In this document: positions 51,829 through 60,976 of the stretch, in pieces
How the letters are laid out: every line of letters begins with the position of its first letter
Numbering within the stretch: the first letter of the stretch is position 1
Origin: Candidatus Latescibacterota bacterium
Lineage (GTDB): Bacteria > Latescibacterota > UBA2968 > UBA8231
Assembly: GCA_965208105.1 (NCBI GenBank)
Contig: OZ242318.1
Coordinates: 2,560,001-2,624,000 of the forward strand
DNA length: 64,000 bases
Direction: 5' to 3'
Translations under genes and position numbers: made by a program
Notes under the pieces: generated by a model
What the model was told of the DNA's origin: nothing
Seen by the model: the letters and a program-made list of their open reading frames with translations, nothing else
Database searches by the model: none

Positions 51829-52581
51829 ATGGCTTCCAAACCTCGCGTTCTCATTACAGGGGCGGCGGGAAAGGTCGGCACCACTCTCTGGCGGGCGTGG
51901 GAGCGGGAGGACAAATACGACCTCACCCTGGTGGACCTGAATCCGATCGATGGGGCCAGGTCGCGGGTCGAGCAGGGGGACGTGCGCGACCACCATCGCA
52001 TGCGCCGGCTCTGTGCAGGCCAGGACGTGCTCGTGCACCTGGCCTTTCTTCGCTCCGGCGAATTCGGCGACGACCCGGACGAGGTGACCGACATCGAGGT
52101 CTCCATGGGGCTCTTCGAGTCGGCGCGCCGGGAAGGACTGGGCAGGATCGTCTACGCCAGCACGAACCACGTGAGCGGCTGGAACGAAAGACAGTCCCCG
52201 ACGCGCTTTTCCACCCCCGACCAGATCAGGCCCGACGGTTGGTACGGGGCCATGAAGGGCATGGCCGAGGTGGCCGGGCGCTATCTTTCCGACGCCTTCG
52301 GCATGCGCTTCATCGCCTTCCGCATCGGCACCTTCCACGGAACCTCCGAGCCCTCCAAGATGCGCCTTTGCAGCACCCTGCTGACGCCGCGCGACTGCGT
52401 CCAGCTATTCGGCCTGGCGGTGGACTACGAGGGGCCGGTGAAATTCCTCGTGACATACGCTACCTCCGGGAACTGCACCGAGCATCAGGTTGGGTTCCTC
52501 GACATCAGCGCCGCCATGGACGTCCTGGGCTACCGGCCCCAGGACAACGCAATGGCCGAACACCTGCACAAGTTTCTGTAG
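51829..52581 (+). CDS. NAD-dependent epimerase/dehydrogenase (uronate dehydrogenase-like SDR)
   Basis: ITGAAGKVG, YASTNH, RPDGWYGAMK, RIG, LTPRD. AAGGAG SD. Confidence 0.88.
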   Translation: MASKPRVLITGAAGKVGTTLWRAWEREDKYDLTLVDLNPIDGARSRVEQGDVRDHHRMRRLCAGQDVLVHLAFLRSGEFGDDPDEVTDIEVSMGLFESARREGLGRIVYASTNHVSGWNERQSPTRFSTPDQIRPDGWYGAMKGMAEVAGRYLSDAFGMRFIAFRIGTFHGTSEPSKMRLCSTLLTPRDCVQLFGLAVDYEGPVKFLVTYATSGNCTEHQVGFLDISAAMDVLGYRPQDNAMAEHLHKFL

Positions 52582-52582
52582 C

Positions 52583-54292
52583 ATGGAACGGAACATGGGA
52601 CCTTCCTCCGGCAAGAGCGGCATGCCAGCCGATCTGGACATCGCTTCCTCGGCGGCCATGCGGCCCATCGAGGAGATCGCAGCCCGCCTGGGCATCGCCC
52701 GGAGCGACCTGGAACTATACGGGAACTACAAGGCCAAGCTTCCGCTGCACCTCATCGACCGCAACCGCATCGATCACAGCAAGCTGATCCTGGTCTCGGC
52801 CATTTCGCCCACACCGGCCGGCGAAGGCAAGACCACCACCTCCATCGGCCTTGCGCAGGGACTGAACCGCCTCGGCAAACCCGCCACCGTCGTGCTGCGC
52901 GAGCCGTCGCTGGGCCCGGTATTCGGGGTCAAGGGAGGGGCTGCGGGGGGAGGATACTCCCAGGTGCTGCCCATGGAGGATATCAACCTGCACTTCACCG
53001 GTGACTTTCCCGCCATCGAGAAAGCTCACAACCTGCTCGCAGCCCTGATCGACAACAACCTGGGGAGCAGGAAGAACTCGCTGGGGATCGATCCCCGCAC
53101 GGTTCAGTGGAAGCGGGTGCTGGACATGAACGACCGGGCCCTGCGCAACCTGGTCACCGGCCTGGGAGGAAATCCCACCGGGACTCCCCGGGAGACCGGC
53201 TTCGACATCACCGCCGCTTCGGAAATCATGGCCATCCTCTGCCTGTCGGAGGATCTGACCGATCTCAAGGAACGCCTGGGCAACATCTTCGTAGGCTTCA
53301 CCTTCGCCGGCAAGCCGGTGCACGCCCGCGACCTGAAGGCCAACGGCGCCATGTCCGCGCTGCTGAAGGATGCGATCAAGCCCAACCTGGTGCAGACCCT
53401 CGAGGGCACTCCCGCAATCATTCACGGAGGGCCCTTCGCCAACATCGCCCAGGGCACCAACACCGCCATCGCCACCCGCCTGGGCATGTCGCTGTCGGAA
53501 TACGTCGTCACCGAGGCCGGATTCGGGTCCGACCTGGGCGCCGAAAAATTCTTCGACATCAAGTGCGCCAGCGCCGGGCTTGCGCCCGCGGCGGTGGTCC
53601 TGGTGGCCACCGTGCGCGCGCTGCGCTACCACGGCGGGTCCGAGCTCAAGGCCGTTCACGCCCCGGACCCGCGGGCGCTGGAGAAGGGCCTGGTCAACCT
53701 GGAGAAGCACATCGAGAACATGGGTCACTTCGGCATGGACTGCGTGGTCGCCGTCAACAGGTTCGCAAGCGACACTGGCGAGGAGATCGAACTGATCAAG
53801 GAGCGCTGCGCCGGACTGGGGAAGAACGCCGTCGAGTCCGACGCCTGGGCCCGGGGCGGCAAAGGCGCCGAAGCCCTGGCACGGTCGGTGGTTCAAGTCG
53901 TCGACGGCGCCAAATCCAGCTTTCGGCCCCTCTACCGCTGGGATTGGCCGCTCAAGAGGAAGATCGAGACCATTGCAAAGAAGATCTACGGCGCCCGCTC
54001 CGTCGCCTACACCGCCAAGGCCAGGAGGGACCGCCGCACCATCAGAAAGCTGGGGCTGGAAGGCCTGCCGGTGTGCATGGCCAAAACCCAGAGTTCCCTG
54101 TCCGACGATGCCCGGCTGCGGGGCAGGCCCGCGGACTTCGTGGTGACCGTCCGCGAAATCGAGGTGGCCGCCGGCGCCGGCTTCCTGGTCCCCCTAACGG
54201 GGGACATCGTGAGGATGCCCGGCCTGCCCCAGGTGCCGGCCGCGGAGAAAATGGATATCGATGCCGAGGGCAGGATCACCGGGTTGTTCTAG
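52583..54292 (+). CDS. fhs: Formate--tetrahydrofolate ligase
   Basis: PTPAGEGKTT, KGGAAGGGYSQV, INLHFTGD, HGGPFANIAQG, EAGFGSDLGAEKF, MPGLP. Confidence 0.97.
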   Translation: MERNMGPSSGKSGMPADLDIASSAAMRPIEEIAARLGIARSDLELYGNYKAKLPLHLIDRNRIDHSKLILVSAISPTPAGEGKTTTSIGLAQGLNRLGKPATVVLREPSLGPVFGVKGGAAGGGYSQVLPMEDINLHFTGDFPAIEKAHNLLAALIDNNLGSRKNSLGIDPRTVQWKRVLDMNDRALRNLVTGLGGNPTGTPRETGFDITAASEIMAILCLSEDLTDLKERLGNIFVGFTFAGKPVHARDLKANGAMSALLKDAIKPNLVQTLEGTPAIIHGGPFANIAQGTNTAIATRLGMSLSEYVVTEAGFGSDLGAEKFFDIKCASAGLAPAAVVLVATVRALRYHGGSELKAVHAPDPRALEKGLVNLEKHIENMGHFGMDCVVAVNRFASDTGEEIELIKERCAGLGKNAVESDAWARGGKGAEALARSVVQVVDGAKSSFRPLYRWDWPLKRKIETIAKKIYGARSVAYTAKARRDRRTIRKLGLEGLPVCMAKTQSSLSDDARLRGRPADFVVTVREIEVAAGAGFLVPLTGDIVRMPGLPQVPAAEKMDIDAEGRITGLF

Positions 54293-54454
54293 CAGCCCGT
54301 TGATAAAGTTGCTCTGCAGGCGAGGCCGAGGCATGGCGGTCGAAGGCAAGGCGTGCGACCGAGGCGAATCGAGGGGATTCGGGGAGGGAGCGCAACGCCG
54401 TATTCGAACGCCAGGGCCGGCCGCAGCCCGGATGGACTTTTTCAACGGGCTGCT
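54291..54454. mobile_element. MITE-like element with 19-bp terminal inverted repeats
   Basis: AGCAGCCCGTTGATAAAGT (54291-54309) vs ACTTTTTCAACGGGCTGCT (54436-54454): 18/19 complementary. Nested internal stems and no transposase. Confidence 0.8.
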
Positions 54455-54546
54455 TGTGCCCGCGCGTGAGCAGACACCAGGGTCTGGCGGGCCCCGCCGG
54501 GACGGACAACTCCCGGCCTGACACCGCCCGCTAAAGGAGAAGCTCG

Positions 54547-55797
54547 ATGGACATAATGGAAGACCTGCAGTGGAGGGGTCTGCTGCACCAGGCAACCGAC
54601 CAGGATGGTCTCGCCCGCCGCCTGCAAAGCGGCCCGATCACCCTCTACAACGGCCTCGACCCCACGGCCGACAGCCTGACCATCGGCAACCTGGTGCCCA
54701 TCCTGGTGCTGCGCCGCTTCCAGCTTGCCGGCCACGCGCCCATCGCCCTGGTCGGCGGCGGCACCGGCCTCATCGGCGACCCCAGCGGCAAATCGGAGGA
54801 ACGCGGGCTCAACCCGGAGGAGACGGTGGCGGCGTGGACGGAGAAGATCAGGAAGCAGGTGGAGCCCATCCTCGACTTCGACGCCCCCGGCAACCCGGCG
54901 CAAATCGTCAACAACTTCGACTGGCTCACGTCGGTCAAGGCCATCGATTTCCTCCGCGACGTGGGCAAGCACTTCCCGGTTCCCTACATGCTGGCCAAGG
55001 ACTCGGTGGCCTCCCGCCTGAAAAGCGGCATCTCCTTCACCGAATTCAGCTACATGGTCCTGCAGGCCTACGACTTCCTGCAGCTCTTCGAGGCCCGCAA
55101 CTGCGAGCTGCAGGTGGGCGGATCGGACCAGTGGGGCAACATCACCGCCGGTTCCGACCTCATCCGGCGCTGCACCGGAAAGAAGTCCTATGGCCTTACT
55201 CACCCCCTGGTCACCAGGGCCGAGGGCGGCAAGTTCGGCAAGACCGAGTCGGGCACCGTCTGGCTCGATCCCCAGCGCACCTCGCCCTACCAGTTCTACC
55301 AGTTCTGGATCAACGCCGACGACCAGAGCACCCTCGAATACCTGAGATTCTTCACCTTCCTGGAGCGCGGCGCCGTCCTCGACCTCGAAGCGGCGACCCG
55401 CAGCCACCCGGAAAAGCGCGAAGCGCAGCGCACCCTGGCGCGGGAAACCACCACCCTGATCCACGGCCGCGAGAACGCGCGCAAGGCCGAGAAGATCTCC
55501 CGCGCCCTGTTCTACCAGGAGCTGCGGGAGCTCGAGGAAGACGAGATCGAGCAGGGTTTCAACCACGTCCCCTCCTACACCATGGAAGAAAGCGGGGCTC
55601 CCCTGCTGGAGCTCCTGGTGGCCGCCCGCATCTCCTCCTCGCGGCGGCAGGCGCGTGAGGACGTGGGCAACGGCGCCATCTACATCAACGGCAGCCGCTG
55701 CACCGATCCGAACCTCCCCGTGCGCAGGGAGGACGGCCTGCACGGCAAGTACGTCGTCATCCGCCGCGGCAAGAACAAATACTTCCTGATCCGCTGA
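54547..55797 (+). CDS. tyrS: Tyrosine--tRNA ligase
   Basis: YNGLDPTADSLTIGNL, GGGTGLIGDPSG, LQAYDF, QVGGSDQWGNI, KFGKT and a C-terminal S4 domain (IRRGK). Confidence 0.97.
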   Translation: MDIMEDLQWRGLLHQATDQDGLARRLQSGPITLYNGLDPTADSLTIGNLVPILVLRRFQLAGHAPIALVGGGTGLIGDPSGKSEERGLNPEETVAAWTEKIRKQVEPILDFDAPGNPAQIVNNFDWLTSVKAIDFLRDVGKHFPVPYMLAKDSVASRLKSGISFTEFSYMVLQAYDFLQLFEARNCELQVGGSDQWGNITAGSDLIRRCTGKKSYGLTHPLVTRAEGGKFGKTESGTVWLDPQRTSPYQFYQFWINADDQSTLEYLRFFTFLERGAVLDLEAATRSHPEKREAQRTLARETTTLIHGRENARKAEKISRALFYQELRELEEDEIEQGFNHVPSYTMEESGAPLLELLVAARISSSRRQAREDVGNGAIYINGSRCTDPNLPVRREDGLHGKYVVIRRGKNKYFLIR

Positions 55798-55806
55798 AGG
55801 TCCTGT

Positions 55807-55829
55807 CCTCCGTCTCCGGGCGGGGACGG
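55807..55829. terminator. GC-rich hairpin between convergent tyrS and guaA
   Basis: GTCCTCCGTC-TCCG-GGCGGGGAC imperfect stem. No U-tract. Confidence 0.3.
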
Positions 55830-55836
55830 CTGCCGC

Positions 55837-57633
55837 TCACTCCCACTCCACCGTGGCCGGCGGTTTGTGGGTGATGTCGTAGAACACCGCTTCCACCCCG
55901 TCCAGATTCATCAACCTGGCGGCGATATCCTCGAGAAAGGCGCGCGGCAGGCGGCTGAAGCGCGCGGTCATGAAGTCCTCGGTGGAAATCGGCCGCAGCA
56001 CGACGCTCTCCCCCGCCCCGTTGGGGGACAGGGGCGCCAGCACCGTGGGCATCTGCGCCACCTCTTGCATCAGGTCGTGGCGCTCCAGCGCCTCCATGGC
56101 CAGGGCGTCCGCCTCGCGCAGCAGATCGAGGCGGGCGCGGGTCAAGCAGGCACGCTTCAGGCGCAGCCGCGGCTGCTCCCCGGGGGCGAGCAGGTAGACC
56201 ACGCGGTTGATCTGGGCGATCTCGTTGGTCAGCTCCGTCGACACCGCTTCGAGCGCGCCCCAGTCCGCCTCGCCCCAGACCGCTGCCGGGTGGGCGTAGG
56301 TGCGCGTGTCGCCCTGCACTCCGACGCTGCGCAGCGGCAGAATCTCCGCCTTCAGCCCCGCTCCTGCCGCGATCCGCTCCGCTTCCCGCGCCGCATCGCC
56401 TCCCAGGTCCTGCCCATCGCGCCCGGCCTCCGAGCACAGGGCCCGAACCGCCAGTCCCGGCCCGGGGAATGGATGGCGCCAGACCAGGTGGTGGGGCAGC
56501 CCCAGCTTTTCCCCCAGCTCGCGCACCTCGTCCTTGTAGAGCTGGGCCAGGGGCTCGACCACCCGGCCCGAGGCCATCAGCTCCTCGATGGCCTCCACCC
56601 GGTTGTGGTGGGTCTTGATCACCGCCGCGTGGTCCGTTCCCCCCGACTCGATGGTATCCGTGTAGAGCGTCCCCTGTCCCAGCAGCCATTCCGCCGGATC
56701 GAGGTCCAGCGCCTCCAGCGCCCGCGAGCGCGAGCGCACGAACTCGGCGCCGATGATCCGGCGCTTCTCCTCCGGGTCCACCACTCCATCGACGGCGCGC
56801 AGGAACGCGGCGCTGTCGTCGGCCACCTCGAGGTTGTCGAAGCCCGACTCGTCCAGCAGGCGCCGCACCATCGCCGTCTCGTTCTTGCGCATGAAGCCGT
56901 TGTCGATGTGCAGCCCCAGGACCCGGTCCTCTCCCAGGGCCCGGTTGAGCAGCAGAAAGGAAACGGTGGAGTCCACCCCGCCGCTGACGAAGAGGAAGAC
57001 CTTGCGGCCCGCCGCCTGCTCCTTTATCCGCGCCATGGACGCCTCCATGTAGTGCTCCATGGTCCAGTCCCGCGCGCAGCCGCAGAGATCCACGAAATTC
57101 TCGAGAATCCTCATGCCCGCTTCCGTGTGGGTGACCTCGGGATGGAACTGCAGGCCGTAAATCTTCCTCTCCTCCGAGCCCATGGCCGCCACCGCGCAGT
57201 CCGCCGTCCTTCCCAGCACCTCGAACCCCGGCGGCGGCATCTCGACGCTGTCCCGGTGGCTCATCCAGATCGGCTCGTCGGGCTCGAGCCCGGCAAGCAC
57301 CCCGCGGGGCCGGTCGACCTGCAGGCGGGCTGCTCCGTACTCCATGGTATCCCCCGGCTGCACCCGCCCGCCGAACTCCTTGCAGATCAACTGGTGGCCG
57401 TAGCAAAGCCCCAGCAGCGGCCGGCCGGCACGGAGGATGGCGGCGTTGTAGGCCGGCCGGTCCTCGGCGTAGACGCTGGAGGGGCCTCCGGAGAGGATGA
57501 GCCCGTCGACGCCCTCCAGGTCATCCAGCGGCATGGCGGGAGAGCGGATCTCCGCATACACGTGCAGGCGCCGAATGCGATTGGCGATCAGGTGAGCGTA
57601 CTGGCCGCCGAAGTCGAGGACTGCGATTCCCAC
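55837..57633 (-). CDS. guaA: GMP synthase (glutamine-hydrolysing), long form
   Basis: LDFGGQY, GLCYGHQ, QFHPEV, SGGVDS, IKTHHN, RHPFPGPGL, ends KPPATVEWE. Confidence 0.96.
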   Translation of the reverse strand: MGIAVLDFGGQYAHLIANRIRRLHVYAEIRSPAMPLDDLEGVDGLILSGGPSSVYAEDRPAYNAAILRAGRPLLGLCYGHQLICKEFGGRVQPGDTMEYGAARLQVDRPRGVLAGLEPDEPIWMSHRDSVEMPPPGFEVLGRTADCAVAAMGSEERKIYGLQFHPEVTHTEAGMRILENFVDLCGCARDWTMEHYMEASMARIKEQAAGRKVFLFVSGGVDSTVSFLLLNRALGEDRVLGLHIDNGFMRKNETAMVRRLLDESGFDNLEVADDSAAFLRAVDGVVDPEEKRRIIGAEFVRSRSRALEALDLDPAEWLLGQGTLYTDTIESGGTDHAAVIKTHHNRVEAIEELMASGRVVEPLAQLYKDEVRELGEKLGLPHHLVWRHPFPGPGLAVRALCSEAGRDGQDLGGDAAREAERIAAGAGLKAEILPLRSVGVQGDTRTYAHPAAVWGEADWGALEAVSTELTNEIAQINRVVYLLAPGEQPRLRLKRACLTRARLDLLREADALAMEALERHDLMQEVAQMPTVLAPLSPNGAGESVVLRPISTEDFMTARFSRLPRAFLEDIAARLMNLDGVEAVFYDITHKPPATVEWE

Positions 57634-57683
57634 CGCCGGCTCCTTTGCAGAAGGAGGAGGATCTCGAATGGGTGAACAGGGTT

Positions 57684-57712
57684 ATGATATGAAGAAAAGA
57701 AAAGACAGACAA
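57684..57712 (-). promoter_or_regulatory. Sigma70-like promoter for guaA
   Basis: TTGTCT-17 nt-TATCAT. Confidence 0.55.
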
Positions 57713-57906
57713 CGCCGGGGCAGTCCTGCCCGATGGTTCCTCGAGTCAGGGGACCTCAGCGAGGGAAAGGGACACCAGTATGCCCACCAGGGCCTTCCCA
57801 CTGTCCAAGGCGCAGCGACGGCATTCTGGTCAGGCTGTGGGTTAAAAAAGATTCCAGCCGGTGATTGGTTATTGCCCGAATCGAGCCGGACAGGGCTGAC
57901 GCCATT

Positions 57907-60723
57907 CTATAGCATGCGCCCGAATCCGGGCCAGCCCACGGCTGCGCGCACGAAGAAAGACCCGCTGCCGTATTCGTCGGCGGCCTGCAAGGGGTGGTCG
58001 AATTCCAGTTTATCCCTTTTGAATCCGACGCTGGTGTAGAGCTCATAGCCGAAATACTTCGAGAGATTTATCAACTGCACAAATGATGTGCGCTGCTCGA
58101 AGCTGTTCCGCCTCCTGGTTCGGTCCTCGAGACGATAGGGCAAAGATCCCACACCCTGGACTCCTGCCTGCAGACCGGTCCGCGGCATCAGCGCGTAGTG
58201 CAGCCGAAGAATGGGAATCAGGCGATAGACCCAGCGCAACTCAACCGCGCCGGCACGGTCCACCTCGCGCTGGAAGAGGAACTTGAACTGCGGCTTCAGA
58301 CTCAGCTTTCCCAGGTACAACGCCCACTCCACCTTGCTCACCGAGGTCCACAAGTCCAGCCGCCGCCCGCCCTGCCAGGTACTGCCGGGCAGGCGCCCGC
58401 CCTGCTGCCAGTTGAGCCGCAGGCGCAGCTTCTGCTCCAGATAGAGAGTGGACCACGGCCTGAGCGTGGCTTCCACATAGGACTCGTTGACGTAGCTGTC
58501 GCGGTAGCGCAGGTAATCCTCGCGCACCTGGCTGAGATTCCTTCTGGCGCTGCTGTTTCTCTGCCGGATCAGGCGCTCGGGAGGGTCGACAAAGGTAAGA
58601 TACAGATCGGCGATGTCGTCCTGGACGAGGCGGAAATTATTCTCAATGAACAAACGGACCGGGCGATCTGCTTGCCCGTATCGGTAGCCCAGGAGGGCGT
58701 AGGTGGATCGGTTGCGCCCGTCCCCGGCAATCTGCCGCAGGGAGAAACGGCCGGCGCCGAATGACCAGTGAGGGCCGAGGCCGAACTGGCCGAAGAGGTG
58801 GTATCCGCGTTGGTCGAAGTCGTAGGGATAATCTTCCTTCCAATCGTCCTCGCGGTGATCGGGCTCGTCGTTGTGGTTGCGGTCCAGGCCATAGACGAAG
58901 GTGTTGGGCTCGACGTCGAACATCAGGAAAGGCTCTTCATAGTCTGGAACTCCATCGAAGTCCCGATCTATATCAGGAATGCCGTTCTGGTCCTCGTCCT
59001 GGCCCGGAAAGACGCCGTCCAGATCGTAGCCAACCAGCAGGATATCGGGCCAGATGTCGGCTTCGTCGTTGTCCTCCACCAGCACCCACTTGAACTGCCG
59101 GTGCTGGGCGGTTCTGTAGGTGCTGACGACCGGGTCCATGTACTGGCGCATCTCCGTGCTGTAGTCAGGATTGAGCGCAAAGAATTCGCCGCCAACCAAC
59201 CCTCCCTCGAACCAGTGGGTGGCGTTGATGAAATAGGCGGCACCGCGGTCGGCGAAGCGCGGACTGCGGCGGAAAGCGGGGACCCGGTCGACGTGGGCGG
59301 GATAGCGCAGGTAGGCCGCAGAGCGGGCGTACTCGGCATTGATTTCGATGCCGGGCAGAGCCAACTTCAAATCCGTGCCGTATACGAAGTGAGCTACCTG
59401 CTCGCCGACCCGAAACCGGACCTTTCGCAGATTGGACCCGTCCTGCACGTTGCCCGCGGCGCGAAAAACCGTGCGGTAGAAGGTAGCAGAATAGCGCTGC
59501 ACGTAGTCGCGGGAGCGCGGAGACACCTCCGCAATGGTCGAAACACCGATACGGCTGTCGTTGCCCACAACCGCCTCCACCTCCGCCTCGAGTGTGGCGG
59601 CCTCCCTTCCGACCTCGAAGAGGAACACCAGTTGCTCTTCGCCGTCGGCGCGTAGAATTTCCTCAGGCGACTCGAAGGAAAAGGTCTTCAGCAGCCCATC
59701 CAGGTTGGTGTTTGCGCTCACGTCTTCGCCTCGCGCGTGGGCGATGCGATAGAGGTAGTCGACGTAGTTGGGAACCTCCTGGCCGCGGTAGAAGGTCCCC
59801 GAGATCCTGGAATAGGGCGAGGGCCGGAAGCTGCCGTCCGCCTGAAAATAGCGGCCGGCCTGGGTCGCCGCGCCCGTCCTGTGGCGGATGACCACCGGCT
59901 GGATGTCCTGACGGACCTTCCCGTTCAGGATCAGGGTGACTTCGTGCACCTGAGCCCCGCCCCCACCGTCCCGGGGCGAGTCGTCCTTGAATCGCACAAC
60001 GATCCAGTCTGCCAGGGGCTGAAACGAACGCAGCCTTCCCCTTATGCTGTTTCCCGGCCGGGTGCTCTGAAACTGGTGCAGATTGACCCAGTTCAGACCC
60101 ATGGTGAGGACCCCGAGGTCGGCCTGGACCCTGTTGGCCAGCATGAGAGTCGAGTCGTCGACCTCGATGCCGTGGACGTGCTCGACGCGGGCAGCGTGGG
60201 CGGTAGCCTTCAAATAGGGAGTGGAGAGGTCCAGGCGGAAGCCGCGCGAGTAGGTCCGCGACAACGTCAGGGGAGTAAAGCGCAGGGCGCCGGTCAGCCC
60301 TACTACCGCACTGTAGCCCCATCCGCCGTAACTGTCGCTGGCGACCACCTGGCAGGTGGTGCAGGGCCAGTTTATCACACTGCCGCACTGCTCGCCCCGG
60401 CGCCCACCGCAATTGAGGCCCGGCATGCGCAACTCCCGCCAACTGTACCAGTGGTAGCCCCTGATCTGCTCGTACCCCAAAGGGCCATAGAATAACTTCG
60501 CTGCATCGTCGTAGGGATGGGTGTGATTGGGATAGTTGGCGTAGGTCTCGAAGGCGTAATTGCGGTAATCGGGACCCTCCTGTTTCAACAAGAAGCGCTG
60601 GGCTGCAACCTGGTTCAGCGCCAGGTGGGAAGATTTCTTCCCGTCGTCGTCCGCCGCTGCCGTGCCCCATGCAAAGAGCACGAGCGCCAAACCCCGCAGT
60701 GTAACCGCACTGTAGCTCCGCAT
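57907..60723 (-). CDS. Large secreted hypothetical protein with acidic DxDxDG-like repeats and a beta-strand-rich C-terminus
   Basis: Signal peptide (MRSYSAVTLRGLALVLFAWGTAAA). Acidic segment DEDQNGIPDIDRDFDGVPDYEE...LDRNHNDEPDHREDD. Alternating aromatic/hydrophobic strands. Confidence 0.8.
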   Translation of the reverse strand: MRSYSAVTLRGLALVLFAWGTAAADDDGKKSSHLALNQVAAQRFLLKQEGPDYRNYAFETYANYPNHTHPYDDAAKLFYGPLGYEQIRGYHWYSWRELRMPGLNCGGRRGEQCGSVINWPCTTCQVVASDSYGGWGYSAVVGLTGALRFTPLTLSRTYSRGFRLDLSTPYLKATAHAARVEHVHGIEVDDSTLMLANRVQADLGVLTMGLNWVNLHQFQSTRPGNSIRGRLRSFQPLADWIVVRFKDDSPRDGGGGAQVHEVTLILNGKVRQDIQPVVIRHRTGAATQAGRYFQADGSFRPSPYSRISGTFYRGQEVPNYVDYLYRIAHARGEDVSANTNLDGLLKTFSFESPEEILRADGEEQLVFLFEVGREAATLEAEVEAVVGNDSRIGVSTIAEVSPRSRDYVQRYSATFYRTVFRAAGNVQDGSNLRKVRFRVGEQVAHFVYGTDLKLALPGIEINAEYARSAAYLRYPAHVDRVPAFRRSPRFADRGAAYFINATHWFEGGLVGGEFFALNPDYSTEMRQYMDPVVSTYRTAQHRQFKWVLVEDNDEADIWPDILLVGYDLDGVFPGQDEDQNGIPDIDRDFDGVPDYEEPFLMFDVEPNTFVYGLDRNHNDEPDHREDDWKEDYPYDFDQRGYHLFGQFGLGPHWSFGAGRFSLRQIAGDGRNRSTYALLGYRYGQADRPVRLFIENNFRLVQDDIADLYLTFVDPPERLIRQRNSSARRNLSQVREDYLRYRDSYVNESYVEATLRPWSTLYLEQKLRLRLNWQQGGRLPGSTWQGGRRLDLWTSVSKVEWALYLGKLSLKPQFKFLFQREVDRAGAVELRWVYRLIPILRLHYALMPRTGLQAGVQGVGSLPYRLEDRTRRRNSFEQRTSFVQLINLSKYFGYELYTSVGFKRDKLEFDHPLQAADEYGSGSFFVRAAVGWPGFGRML

Positions 60724-60905
60724 CAATACCTGCCTATGCCTGCATTGTCCGAGCCCTTCCCCACAATCTCCCAACCGGGGGTACTGGGATCCTTTTTGGG
60801 TAAGGTGAATCAGGCCGAATCCCCATAGAATCATGTATTTCCTGATTCCGGGTCAAGTTCCACCTTTAGTTGAAATAGGTCTCAGGCTCGGGGGAAAACC
60901 AGCTC

Positions 60906-60948
60906 GATTTCGCCTGACCGTTTTTGTATTTAGTTTTCCTGCCAGAAA
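60906..60948 (+). repeat. 43-bp dispersed direct repeat, copy 1 (sulfatase leader)
   Basis: GATTTCGCCTGACCGTTTTTGTATTTAGTTTTCCTGCCAGAAA, 36/43 identical to 62743-62785. Confidence 0.8.
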
Positions 60949-60976
60949 AGGGCCTGATCAACCGAAAGGCAACACC

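Noticed and set aside
54293-54546. Possible T-box riboswitch upstream of tyrS
   Set aside because: No T-box antiterminator consensus (GGTGG-ACC-CG) or U-tailed terminator is present. The structure is explained by a terminal-IR element.
57634-57906. Possible purine riboswitch upstream of guaA
   Set aside because: No purine aptamer consensus, and the predicted promoter leaves only a ~45-nt leader.
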